A stretch of 64,000 nucleotides of DNA from Obrimoposthia wandeli (taxonomy: Eukaryota). The notes below the pieces were generated by a model that was not told where the DNA came from, did no database searches, and worked only from the letters and a program-made list of their open reading frames with translations. Positions 24,201 to 39,200 of the stretch are shown one piece after another. The stretch's first letter is position 1. Each line of letters opens with the position of its first letter. The DNA lies in assembly GCA_977020255.1 (NCBI GenBank), contig CDROCS010003335.1, forward strand, positions 186,001-250,000, given 5' to 3'. The translations under genes and the position numbers were made by a program.

Positions 24201-27200
24201 GAATGTTTGAAATTGAAAAGATAGATGTCATGTTACTTCCATGTATCATTTGAAAACTTATTTAACATATTCTTAGAAAATTAATGATAAGTTCAATATG
24301 CAGACGAAGTATTGAACGAAGAGTTAGAAAAATCAGATTTCACAGTTTAAATATGTGCACAATCAAAACATCTTACCTAAAACAAATTTAAAAATTAATT
24401 GGTGCAATGTATATGAGATGAGATGATCCCGAAGACTTATTTAGTCGCAGCAGCACCCAAAGCGCTATTATCGAAAGTAAAATCAAGTCACGAAATAAAT
24501 ATATAGATGGTTGAGCAATCAACTAGCATACAATCTCATCGAGCACATGAAAAGAAGGTTTCCAACTCAAGCATATACGGTTAATAGTCCAATTTATTTA
24601 TGGCAAACCGATTTGAAGGAAATTGTATCTTATGCTACTATTAATGGGAGTTCCAAATATATTTTAATGTGTTGTTGGATGTTTGTTTTAATATTCGACA
24701 ATCCGTAAAACGGCAGAATTTGAATATATCGTTCTCCACACCATCTTGGATTTAACTACATAATGTATAGTATATGATATTAAAAAGGAAATACAGAGTA
24801 AGTTTTATGTGCAAATGTTACAGATAATTGATAAAGCTAGTGTATATAGAATTCAGAAAATCTTGAAATATACATGTAAAAGTGTAAATAAACTATACGA
24901 TATTTAAATGGGATGGTTGTTCAACACAGCCATAGATTTCAGCAAAATAGCTCGAATAAAAAGAATGTATATGATTTTACAATTTCCTAATACGCACCTA
25001 ATAATACTGGATCAAAATTTATTATCGATTGAAAACAATCCAATATAACTTGACGTATCATGAGAAGCAGCATAAACAGAGTTTACATATATGAATACAC
25101 ATTTTATCTTACAAAAACAAACAGTATAATAAAGTATATAGAAAAGAAAACTGAGAAATGGGAGATTATATTGGAATTATAATTCAATTGAAATCCAGAA
25201 AAGTAATAGTATCTCAAACAGAAACTTATTTATACCTGATTTGAAAATAACAAAAGTATAAGCTGTATGCTTTTTTATGTATTGACAATGTTTTGTACTA
25301 CTAAATAGCATATATTCCATATATCAGGTAGTATAAGCTTTATAATTAGCTTGTTATAGTTTATAATATATTTGAGAGTTTCATTATAAAAAGTATCTTT
25401 CAAATCACATCTCATTATATAGTATTTTACACACATACACAGAATAATAAAGTAGGTATTTGTTATAAGCTAATAATAAATATTTATGTCTTCCTTTCTC
25501 TTATCTTATTATAATGTCTATGAACAAAATCAAATTATATGGAGATGACGGTTAAATAAAACAGGGGAGAATATTTGTGAAAACATAACTCCTGAAACTT
25601 AAATAAGACAGAAATAGACTAATAGATTGAGAATAAATTGATTTAATTAATCGCATTGAAATTTGAATTATTGAATTTGTTTTAATGAAGTGAATTCAGC
25701 TCAAATTTAGAATTTACATCAATATTTAAATTACATTTCTTAACATATTTGAATTCATCGAAAAATTTGGATAATAAGTTTTCTTGGTTAAAAAGTGTCA
25801 GTTTTGTGGATGAACTATATCAAGTAGTCACTGTTATTAAAAAAAGTGTTTAAATGGTAAATTATATTTATTTTACATAATTTGCGTATAGGTCTAAAAA
25901 TCATGTCTAAAAGTTAAAAACTCGACCGTGAGTGCAAGTTCATTGTTGTGCAAACTGGCCACCAAACTGCCACTTTTTGTTTTTGTTTTTAAATAAAATA
26001 TCTTAATTAATTATTGAGGTATTGCATTTTGAAGGACTACACTACATACTTAATTCATTTTTCCCAGAAACTACAAACTATATTGGAAAAAATATTATAA
26101 AATCACCTAATAGATGAAAAATATCATCAAACAATGCGGTGCATTTATTGCATATAAAATAAAGGACATTATTTTATTAAATTTTCAACATTTACTTTCA
26201 TTTTTAATTCTGAATTTATATTTGAACGTACTGTACTTTATTGTGAACTTCACTGAAATTTGTTCTATTAACCTATGTAACATTTTGTAACATTTGGCGA
26301 TTCTTGCAGCCAAACAATATCTGAAGGTCGTTGTTGTAGATGTTTTAATGGATCTTCATTAGAAATTCAAAACAGCGGTTCCTAAATATTATTTTACTGC
26401 TATGTTTCATTTATATATACATATATTAGGAAAATAGTTATCTTAATAATTGGCCAAACAATCTATGGATAAACTTGTTTTTAGATGATTCTGAGTGAGA
26501 ACACCAATACTCAATGACTAGGTCACGACACTGCTGTTCAGATACAAGTTTCCTTTTTGGATTTTAAGCAAGCAAATTTTGATTAAAATTCCCGTGATCT
26601 TAATTTGAAGTGTGTCAAGGTTATTTTGTTAAAACAAATATTTTACATGAAAGGAGTTTTATTCTTGAATAAAAATACTATTAATTTAAAAAAATTGCAT
26701 TGAATAACTAATTTGTACTCTCTTAAATTTTGGTAAATTTTTTAAAAATTTCTTACATATTTTTATCATCTGTTTTTTATTATATTTCCTCTAGAATTTT
26801 TAAAATTCTTCGGTATTGCATTGGGAAACAAGAGTTTTCACATGTATTATTTCTATATCTTTTTATTAATTAACTTAGTCTTGCAAAGGCTCCAATTATA
26901 TCACTTTGTCAGTAGTTTTATAATACTTTTGAATGCAATATAATCTTACTACTTTTTTAGTTATAAGCATTTATGGTTATTTATTTACCTTTGAAGAATA
27001 TCTCAAAAATATCAACTCATTTTCTAAACAAACAAATATAACGAAGATAATGCATTTCATGAGATTTCATTTTTGATTTGAAGATCAACTCAGCATTTAA
27101 AGCTTGAAATAGTCAGCCAGAATTGAAATATTTTTTGTCAAATGCAAAAATAATTATGTGTCAGATTCGGTTAAAAAACGTTTTCATACATTTCGAATTC

Positions 27201-30200
27201 ATTATTGCCTGGGAATAGGTTGCTAAACTATTTTTAACATAAAACACATAAATAATTGACTTTTTTTTCTAACACGGAACCGCTGTGCTGAAAATCTTAT
27301 TCTATTTGCAACTCCCAATGTTTTGTTTTTGCTGTTTATAGAAAATAGTGTATTTTTAAATCTGTATTTAATATTTAATTATGAATTAATTCAAATACAT
27401 CGGCTAATCTAGTTAAAATCAAAGAGAACTCAAAGAAATGTGTTGATATTTCATACCTCACATAAATGATAAAATAATCTTCCTTGTAATTTAGTAATAT
27501 TTAAACTTATAATTAAACGGTATGTCTAAAACATCAAAATTTCTCAGAAACATCGGCTAACGAATCATCTTAATATTTAAATATGCTTTTTCTGATTTCT
27601 TGCACTCATTTTGATTTTTCGGTTATAACGTGCATTCTTCTTTCTATATATATATATGTTACTGACAATACTGGTAATTTCTGATTCGGCAATTTGGAAT
27701 ATTCTTCAAGATACCCTGTGTTCATTAGCTATTTTTAAGATATTTTTTGAAATACTTGAACAAATCTGTATATGTACAAATTAGCAAGATATTAGAAAAT
27801 AAATAAGTTGATGTATTTCGATGTATTTATTTGTAATTATAAAATTTATTTTGGATGATGAAAATACTCTTTATGGGTTATTTTATATATCTTTAAAAAT
27901 ACAAAGAAAAAATGGGATCCAATATAATGAAGTTGCTAAAATAGACTCAATGGGTACCGGTCAATGATATAAATTTATATAAATATTGAATTTGTCTAAG
28001 CATTACTGGTAACGTGTACATAGATTACTTGGCTTGTAATGAAAATTATGTTCTAATATAAGAAGTGAAGAAACCTTAAAAGTATTAATTCAAACATTAA
28101 ATTTTTAGTTTTTTTTAAATTTTAGAAATTTTAATCTCTGTAAGTATTTAAATTATCGTGCTAAAGAAATTTTCATTGTAATCATTTTAAGTCGTTTGAA
28201 GGTTATCCTCATGTCTCGTAAACGTCATTTATTAACTTTTGAAATAAAAATGGACATTTGAGAAAACATCGAAGTATCTAAAGAACACAACTACAACACT
28301 TATAACAACGCGAAAGATATCTACGTAGACTTGAAGATTTATTCCTAATGTATATTTTGTATATTTTCGTAAAGATATTTGCATTTTACCCGATGTTTCT
28401 GAATATTTTTATTTAATTGACTAAAAGCATAAGTAGTGTATTATGCACATGTTTATGGGCATTTCCATTTCAATACTAGATAATTCATTATTTTTTCAGA
28501 GAATATTTTTAGAAATTTTCTCTTGCTATAAAATAAATGTAATTACCCAATAAAGTGTCGAGCGATAATTTTTTTTTAAATTTCTAAGAATATATATTTG
28601 TAAAGGTTATTGATAGAAACAGACATCGCACATTTTTCTTAATATTTCATCACTTTTTATTTGTTGATTGAAATCGTTTCTAATTTGCATTTAATATTTT
28701 TGGACATCACCCAAATACATAATCAAATTTCTGAATTTTTTTATATAGTTTAAATGGTTTCGTAACTAACGAAATCTTTTAGTGAGTATTAGTTTTGAAG
28801 TAACCTTAGCAGTTGGTCTTATTAAGTCATTAGTTTTGGGGTTTTGAAAAAACATTAAACATATTAATTACCTAATAAATTTGTTTTTTACTTATTGCAA
28901 TTAATGTCCAAGTACAGGTTTTATCAATTAACCATGTTTTGTTTTTCTTTGCAATGAAATATTTTTCTATCCTATTTTCTAAATACACATTCAATAGAAA
29001 AAAATCCTCCTTTGTTTTCTTATTTTTCACATTTTTCTTATGACTCTAAAGGAAATTTGCTTAAACAGCAATTAGTAAATTCAAATGAAATTTGAATTTG
29101 GCCAGTTCAAGACCAGAATTGATGAAAGTTGCACTTTTATGTGTCAGTATGCGTAAATATATAACAGCCAGGCAGCAGTATTTGTCAAACTTTGCCAAAC
29201 AGTGAAGTTGAATTTAGGTGATGTTTTGTGATAGAAGTGAGTTTTTTTTGGCATTATGTAAGCTGTTTTAAGTGAATAAAAAGTTGAGTTTGGTAAAAGT
29301 GTGCCTTTTCGTTTGGATCAGCTAAATATCAGAATATTTTATGAAAAGGTTAATAACAATTCAATGAAATATAATAAAAATACAAATTGTAATTATATAT
29401 AATATTCGCTTAAGTTTATTGTTTACTTGTAAATATCTTTTTAAATTCACTTAAATTGCTCAAAACATTTTGATAATAGATCACTAAAAAATATGATATA
29501 GCTTCTTGAATTGATCTCAGACTGTGAAAAATCATGTACCTTTAAATTAGTATCAAGACTGTATGAAGGCTGCTTAAGTAGCTTAATTCCGTTGGAATGC
29601 AACCATTGTTGTACTTTGTGTGCAATGAGAAGACGAGCATTATCATGTAGTATAATCACATTCACTCAAGGATGCATTTAATTCAAAATATGTGGATATA
29701 TTACTTAAAAATTTAATTTACAGTTCAAAATTAACTGGTATACCTTCACCCTCTATTTCAGGATAATATTGTGATTTTGAAGAGTTAGAAGAAACATTTT
29801 TTTGTAAACAATTATTAGGTAAACCACGTGTAAGAACTTTGGATCAATCAGTTGAAGTACTTACCCAAGAGGTTGGACGGCTGTATAACATCTTATCGAA
29901 TAATATTTTGTTTAAAATATTTATACATTCAGTGACTCAATTTTCCTTTTTTACCATAAGTTTATGATAAACACATTTTTATTCGATTTATTGATCTAGT
30001 GAGGATTTCAGTAATTCAGCTTAAGATAGAAAAACTTGATCTTTCATTTTGCTCTATTGGTACCTTTATTAATTCAACATTCTCCTCGATACCACTTTTT
30101 TTAAATTCTTTATATATTTGTTGGAATCTTTGCAGTGAAGGAATTGGATTATTTCATGAATATTTAAATAATTATGAACTTGATAAGGTTTTTATCCATT

Positions 30201-33200
30201 TAAAAGCATCGAATATATATATATATATAAATTAACAGATCTTAGGTTTATTTTCATATTGATTTTTACTTTAAAAATGTATTGGTCTTAACTTGTTTGA
30301 CAGCTTATAAAAATATTTAAGACTCAAATCGGTGATTTGGTTTTTCCATATGATATGCATAAATTTCATATTTTTGCCTATTTAAACGAAAGTATTTTTT
30401 CTTAACGGTAATTTATAATTTTGACTGAAAAAGATTAAATTTTAATTTGAGGAAAATGAAATACTATTCATAGAAATATACAAAAAAATTAAAAGTTGCT
30501 GTATTTTTAACTTCTGAAAAAAAAATTATTTATATAATACAAAAAATTGCTTTGTCATTTGTTTGGTTAATATGTGGTTAATTATTTGTTGCTTTTTCTG
30601 CTACATTTGTAGCATTTTAGTTTTATTTGGAAATGTTTGTCTGCGTAGTAGTTGACGAGCTTTAATATTGTAATTTTTAATGATTTTACTAACACACAAA
30701 GAAACGGTACAAATATTTAATGAATTTTTGAAATAAAAAAAGAGTTTTAGTCGTTGAAACCAATGTAGATTTTTGAAAATAAAGTTGTAGGAGTTTTGTA
30801 GATTTTCTTAATCTAAACATACAATGGATACTACAAACCATTTCGTTGTTTTGCATAAATTGAATAAATTGTATCTTTAGTATTTTTCGTCGATTTGACA
30901 GTTTGTGATTTTTTCAGAGTGCAGTTTTAATTGATATGTTTGATAAAGATTTATCTGTTTTCTTTATTATCTGGAAATTTTTGTTCATCATAAAAATGAA
31001 GTATTAAAGTATAAAAATAAGATATAAAATAAAATTATTAAAGGATTTGTTGACTTCAAGATCATTATTGGTTTTATCCTTTTTGAAAAACGTTCTTACA
31101 TTAATTCATTTAAATTTTTTCAAAAAGTTTAATTATCTGGCTTTAAAAAACGAAAAAATAGACAAGCTCATGAAAAGCAAAATATGAAAGAAAAATAAAG
31201 AAAACTATTTTCAAATATTCAAGACAAATATGTTTAGAAATAAATGATAAATATTTTGTCCATTTAAATATGTAATTCACCTTTTATTTATTGAACACAT
31301 CTTAAAGTTATTATTTTCGTAAAAGCTTTCTTTTGAAATGTAAGTTTACTTTGACATAAATCCATTTAACATTCACCTTTCAATTTATTAAAACAGTGTA
31401 GCTTTTATTATTTATCGGAATATAAAATTGATGTATTTTGGAAATATTATTTTCCAATAAATACATTTAGTTTTTACTTTATGTTAAGATAATAAATAGC
31501 AAAATAAGCAAATAAAATCACTAAAATTAAAGGTCATTCTTTCTGTGATTAAATAACACATTCAGGTGTCTATTGGTTACACCTTTGCAAAGTTCATTTA
31601 TACGTTTTTTCTATTTTGATTAATAGTTTCAATGTCTTCTTGAATTTTAGCCGATAATTTGTGTTTCGATTCAAAACTTTCAATACCATACACATCATGT
31701 TTTAGAGATTTAAATATATTCTCGACTAATGATAAATCTGAACTTCTAGCTGGCCAAATTAAGGTTATTATATTATCACACACGAAGTACGCTCGGGTTT
31801 TCTTTTGGGTATGAAAGATAACATTAAATTTGCATTCCCCCTTAAGACAGGCATTATACGGTCCTTCGAAATTATTATATACTTCTCAGCATTTGAGTTA
31901 TCTTGAACTAGTTTATTCATAATGATTGCATTTCTCGATAGTATACCATGATTGATTCTCCCTGAAATTGTTTGAAATCCTGAAAATTATCTGTGCGTTC
32001 TCCATCTAACTATCATGGCAAGCAATTATCTAGACCATATAATGAAAATCTTACCTCATCAGTAAAAATTACGTTTTTAAAATCTTTTGGTTAAACATGG
32101 TGAATCCGGCAGATTTTGACGAAATTTAAAAACTTTCAAACGACTTTTCAAATTTTTAGAATATATTTTTAATTTGATTTTCTATCTTTTCATTGTTTTA
32201 CATTGGTTTTTGACTTGTTACTACAGCGTTAATTTTATTTCGGGATACAGTATAAGCTTTAGCTATCCAACTTATACCAAAATTTTGATATTATTTATTT
32301 GATTAAGTCTTGATTTTGTTGACAAATTGTTTCTTTCTTTCACCTTACTTTTTGAGAAAGTTTCTTCTTTTTTTTAAATAATTCACTTTTACAACAACAA
32401 AAAACTTACTTTTATACACTGTTCGATAAACTTTATTATAAATCGCTAATAAAAATATGGATTTTTAATGATTTCAATTGTATCTTTAAACTTTTTAAAA
32501 TCAAAAAATTATTCGTTTGTAGTTAATTGTGTATATTTGTACTATTTAAATATATATATAATATCCCCTTACAAAACTTACAATTTCAAAATAATCTTCA
32601 AATAATCATACCCTTCAATGAGTTAAAGGTGAACTACACAATAAACGACGACCAAATGAAAGAATTGTTTTTATGAACAAATAGTGTTGTTCCCACTTGA
32701 TAGTGTTTCTATACATCATTCAATTATCATCCAAAAATACTCAATGCTCACTTACTAAATCTGTGGACGATGACCCTCCATTGGTCATCTTGTAATTCTT
32801 ATGACAATGATTTCGTGGAATTACTAGTTCGATTTCATGTATAATCGGGTACCTATTTTCACAGTTTCAAGGTTAAATCACAACACCCTACATTTTCTGA
32901 TAAAATATAAATTTACTCGACTTGTGTGTAAATACATTCGACATTCCTATTATAAAAAATGTTTGAGGTTTACTTCCACTGCGAGATTATAGAAAACCGG
33001 CAAAGTTTCACAATATTGAAGTGTTGAAAGAAGATTTTAATGAAGAATACAACAAAATGTCGGCTAAATATTATCAAAACAAGCATTATTTTTTGTGAAC
33101 GATTGATTGAAAGTTTTGTCGTAACAATAACAAAGATAATAAAAACAATAAATTTCATATAGCGCCAATATCTAATAAATCTATGATTTATTACTTAGAA

Positions 33201-36200
33201 GTGCTTCCTGTTTTCCATTATTCATCCGGATATTTATAAATAGTTAAATCTTCAACTGTTTCTTGACTTTTCAACATGATTACAGTTTCCTATATTCATC
33301 AGTAGATTGTTATCAATATTCAAAGTATAAGTTTCAAATATTCCATCACTGTGTTTGTTATTTGAGTTTTTTTATAAATATGCAGTCATCATCGATGCTC
33401 CTAAAATGTATAAAAATTCCCACTGTATCAGGTTCAAGAAATCTTTATAATAATTTGGGTTTTTATGAAATACATTTTTTAAATAATATCTCGGATCTTC
33501 TATTCAATTTGACCATTAATATGTAGTCAATTTAGCTTCATTAAATATTCACTAGTATTAGCAAGTTTCTTTAATATTTCGACGTATAGTTTACATTTTT
33601 AATTTGACTATTTTGTTATTTTTAGTTCCACAAATAAGATATATTATTGTAAAAATAGAAAGTAATTCATATAATTATTGTAAAATATAAGAAGTATTTT
33701 GAAAAGAAAAGCCACAATAATTTCATTAAATTTATATAAGTTACATTGAAAAATAAATTTTAAGAGATTGAGCAGCTGTACGTGAAAGTGATAAAATACG
33801 TAAGGTTATTGGTCTATTAAAAAATTAACGATAAATAATAAACTGGAAAGCTAAAATAAGTAGAGATAAAAATATATATAAATAAGTAACAAGCTGGAAT
33901 ATAAAAAAGAAATTGAACGTCCGCTATCGATATGAATTGAATAATGTAACCAAAATAACTAAAACCTTGAGTATCATTGTAACGATAAAAAAACTACATG
34001 TGAAGAAGAGACTAAAAAACAGAAAAATTTGCAAAACACAGCCACAGAGATTTCAGTTGAATTGAAAAACGCTCTAAGATGGAGGTTATATTGATGATCA
34101 AATTTTAATTACTGACAGAACAGGTTTATATTGGAAAAAGTGTCCAATAAAATGTTATTAGCAAGACAAAATCTCAATCTGTTTTTATGCGATCAGAGAA
34201 CCCCTGTTTTCAAAGAGCTGATTTCAAAGAAGATTTAATTAAAGCAAAAAGCCATAGAATTTACGTTAAAAGAGCTTAATGAAATGGTTTGTGATTGTTA
34301 ATTTCGATAGGGATTCCGATTTTGATGTTATAGAGTAATGTGTGGAGAAACAGAAAAAATGTTGTGAAGCAAAAATGTTAATCAAAATATTTAAACATTA
34401 ATTGGATCTAAAAACAATATAAACTGAATAAAAGAAGGGAAATATTGGTTACGTCCTCGAAGAAAACATTACAATGAATTGTCAAATTAATAGTGATAAG
34501 AAAATGCAACAATCATAAAAAAGATTTGTCTAATAAGAAAATACCGTACTACTGAGATAACTACAATGAGAAGGCATTCCATTATTTTATCAACAATTTA
34601 ATTTCAAACGGCTTTACTGTTTAATATCCCAGCTTATAAATTAAATAATTTACAAAATTATTATACAAAACCGCCAGAATTATATTCAAATTAAAGAAAA
34701 GTGTTAGTATATGTTAACATTTAAAGAAGCTTCATTGACTACTAATCAATGCTAAAATTTAATAAAAAAATCTGCTTATTATCAAAAAAAATTCTCTTCA
34801 AATATTTATAATGATAATCTGTAGATTGGTCAAAAGATTCTCAAGTGACAAACAGAGTTTATGAAATATTTGAAATGTATGCTTTGAATCTTTAAAACAA
34901 TTTATCGATGAATATAAGAAATAGACATTACTATTCAAAAAATATTATGAAGAATAATGAAAAACAGGAAGCACTTCTGAATAATAAATGATAGATTTAT
35001 TAAATATTGGTGCTATATTGCATTTTTATTGTTATTATATTTTAGAGCAGGTTGTGGCACTAAATAATCGTTTCAACTAAACAGTGTTTTATTTAATTTG
35101 TTCTAAATTTAACTTTTTTACATTTCAAATACGCTATAGATCTCGATTTTTTGCAGTTGTTTTTCTGTATTTTTTGACAACATTAGCTGCAATAATAGAG
35201 ATTTCACTATACTGAATTAAATTATTTGGTTGTACATATATTGGTTGTACATATGATGACAAATCAAGTAAAATACAAAATATTATAGTGGGTTGGTTCA
35301 AAAATACTGTTCAGAACGTTTTATATACAACAAAACGTTTATGAAAGAAAGATGAAATAGTCTTTATAAATGGGTGGTGCTTTATATTTTCCCTTTGACA
35401 CTGAATCTATTTAAACTCAGCAACCGTGGGAGTCGCTATTCGAAGAACCTCAACACGATCAAATCCCTCAGAGTTCTTAGAGTGCTACGGCCATTGAAAA
35501 CCATTAATCGAGTTCCGAAACTGAAGGTGAGATTTTTACCAATTCTTTCTATAGAATGGTATTAAAATAATTTTCAAAATATTGGGTTTTTTTCTGTAAA
35601 GGACATTTTGTAGAACCTTCTCATGACATGTGTGAAAAATATTGACATCTTTTCGGTTAATTCACCACAAAATATTAATTAACTTCACAATTAAAAGCTA
35701 AAATTCATATATTTGCTAAAATTCACACCAAAAATCTTTTTTGTTTAAAGTTGAACTCACTTTTATTTTTATCTTAACTCTTTCAAAAGAACACACATAA
35801 GTACGTTCCTCAAAGAACTTTCGATTGTTTGCATGTAAGCTGATGTTTCTGAGTCTACGAAATTAATACTATGATTATCTGTCAAATGAATATGATTTGA
35901 TTCATCCTTCAAATATGTATATGCTTTCCAACTATCTGATACAATTGTAGTCTTCAGTTAAATACAGCTTCGGGTTGTGTTCAATAATGTGATAGCAGTT
36001 CTATCTGGCTCACATTACATGAAAAATTATTTGAAAAAAAATTCATGACATGCCACCAAATATCCATTGATATAACAGTTAACATCCAACCTAGTTCTTA
36101 CGAAGGCAAAAAATACTTTTTAAATACTTTCTCAAAAATGGCCAACTAACCCATCACAGCCACACACGCCCAGTGTGCTCAATCATCACAGAAAGCACTA

Positions 36201-39200
36201 AATGCACCATTTCACACAACAGAGCCTGATAGGTCAATTCAAATTTTCCCTTATATTTGGCTTAGTCAGCTAAAAAGATAGAAACGTCAGTCATAGTTAG
36301 ATAAAAGATTGTCAGATACATTAACCCACGATATTTCAACTCAAGAACAACAGATAAACGAACTAAAGAATCATGGAAATAGTTTTGCAATTAGAGGCGT
36401 TATTACTTGAATGTTTATTAAACCTTTTTTGTCATTTTTTATAAAAATCTAGGCCAAAAACTTTACAATGATAACAAAAATTAAAACATCTATTCATCGT
36501 TTCTTGGAAATGTTACAGAAAAGCATTGTAATAACTTTATACGCACAGTTACTCAGTAAGCAGTTGTATTAACAGTTGGAGTAGCCATGTCGTTTGTTGT
36601 TTTCACAATTTGTCACAATCCGATGAATATTAACAAAATATTTGATAAATATATATAGGGGAATAAGTGAAATAACAACCTGTACTTTCCTTGTCCACAA
36701 TTTATCGTAAATAGTCTTGGATATCATTGCCATAAGTTCTTTCATATAAGTCTTGCTGATATTAGACAAAAAGAACCAATCAAAAAAATAAATAATTTCT
36801 GATTGTGTTACTAAAATTTAAAGTCTGCGTGGTGAAATGTTCGGAAATTTTTCTGCTTGTACTTTTAATTTCTAAACTGTGATACAATGAAGTTGTGAAT
36901 AAAATTAGAAAAATATAATAAGGCTTTAATAATTAAAATTGCACCAAATACAAAAATATTTTATTTGATAAAAAAAACTAAATATATGTACTCAATAATT
37001 AAAAAATTAATCTAACAAATATAATTTTATTCCTGTAATTTTCATCTATGTTTATTGCACCACTACTACTTATTCAATAGGTCTGCAAGAGCAATGTCTT
37101 CAAATCTTGTTTGCTTTCTAGATTTAATTTTTTTCTCAAAGAAAATAACAATTCACATTATAGGTTCTTTCAAACTTAGATACAACTTTTTATTGCATTC
37201 TTATCACTCTTCTTTTTTTAATACTTTTATAATATGCCAGAAACTTTACTTCAGTTTTTTAATTAGGGTTTTCAGGCTACGACGTTTTCTATAAATTCAA
37301 ACTTAATACTTGTAAGATGAGCTGGGAATAAAGTCGTAGACTGCACCAACATCAAATATTTATGCAATATCATATAATCAAATGTAAATATATCATTGAG
37401 TTTCCCGTAATATAAATTGTTTTACATCTGAATTTTCTTTCGTTCGAATAAATTTATTTATGCTATTAGACCATAACTTGAATTTCGAAAAGAAATACTG
37501 GCGCACTTCATACAAGTTGAATTTCCTTTCAAATATACAGAATATCTAAATACCTCAGGCATTTATGTATTGTAGAAATTACTTACATTTGATTATTTTA
37601 AAACGGAATGTACATTTAACTTTATTGAACAATTGAAATGTTATTTTTATAATATATTCATATATTTTTCTAGGCTGTGTTCGATTGTGTGGTTAGCTCC
37701 TTGAAAAACGTTTTCAACATCCTCATTGTCTATATACTGTTTCAATTCATTTTCGCTGTTATCGCGGTACAACTGTTCAAGGGAAAGTTCTCTTTCTGCA
37801 ATGACTCGTCAAAGAATACAGCAGAAACTTGCAGGTACGATTTTTGTTACTAATTGTATGAAAGTTTTCTTTAAATCCATATTTCTAAATTAGTATTTTT
37901 GGTAATATTCTTTTCAGAAAAAATATTGAAACTTAATATATAATGCTGAATTTTAATAAGTGATTTGAGAATCTGAGAATCAGCTTGATATAATGTGATT
38001 TGCAGCAGCAGAAATTGAATACCAAATTTTAGTACACAAATTTTAATGTATGTATCAATAAAACTGTAACGAATTACTTAAACACTCCTTGGCGTGTTTA
38101 GAGGATACTACTTCAACTACCATTCGGAAACCAAGATCCCAGAAACGCAGGAACGAAAGTGGAATCGGCATGACTTTCATTTTGACAACCTCTACTACGC
38201 TATGCTGACCCTGTTCACAGTCACAACAGGCGAGGGCTGGCCCACGTGAGTTATAACATGACACAACCTCGATATGACACAACCTCGATATGACACAACC
38301 TCGATATGACACAACCTCAATATGACACAGCCTCAACATGACACAGCCTCAACATGACACAGCCTCAACATGACACAGCGTCGATATGACATAGCCTCAA
38401 CATGACACAGCCTCGATATGACACAAACTCGATATGGTACAGCCTCGATATGACACAGCCTCAATATGACACAGCATCGATATGACACAGCCTCGATATG
38501 ACACAGCCTCGATATGACACAGCATTGCTATGACACAAACTCGATATGGCACAGCCTCGATATGACAAAGCCTCGATATGACACAGCATCGATATGACAC
38601 AACATTGATATGACACAAAGTCTACAGTTTTTTTGATTTACCTTATACAATTAAGTTACATCAAATTTTCAAGGTCATCTGAAACTTGCCAATATATCTG
38701 ATGTCATATTTGATGAGTATTCCTGTTTTCCTGTCAGAGTACTTAAGAACTCCATGGACGCCACAATGGAAGAACGGGGACCAACTCCAGACCATCGCCA
38801 ACAAATGGCAATCTTCTACATTGTATTCTTCATCGTGTTTCCATTCTTCTTCGTCAATATCTTCGTAGCCTTAATCATCATTACATTTCAAGAGCAAGGA
38901 GAAAATGAACTAATAGACCTCGATCTGGACAAAAATCAGGTTAGATTGGAATTATCTAATAATTATGTACATGATAATCAACTAAATAATAGAGTGATTG
39001 GATAAAATATTAAAATAAATTAAACAGATGTTAAAAATATTTTTCATCATTCTCATGTAATTTATGCATGTTTTATAGCTTTCTTATCAGTTCTAGACTG
39101 ATGCTATTTCATGAATGGTCAAGGAATGATGACGGTTTGCACTAACACTTCGTGCAAGAATGTTCATAGGTAAAATAATCAATAGCAATTAAACAAAAGT

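Noticed and set aside
32960-33140. Tc1-like C-terminal scrap ([24 protein letters not shown])
   Set aside because: No catalytic motif visible; the similarity is too weak to call.
38055-38618. Minus-strand ORFs with repeated [14 protein letters not shown]
   Set aside because: Translation artefacts of the 16-bp minisatellite and of the antisense of a Cav2 exon.
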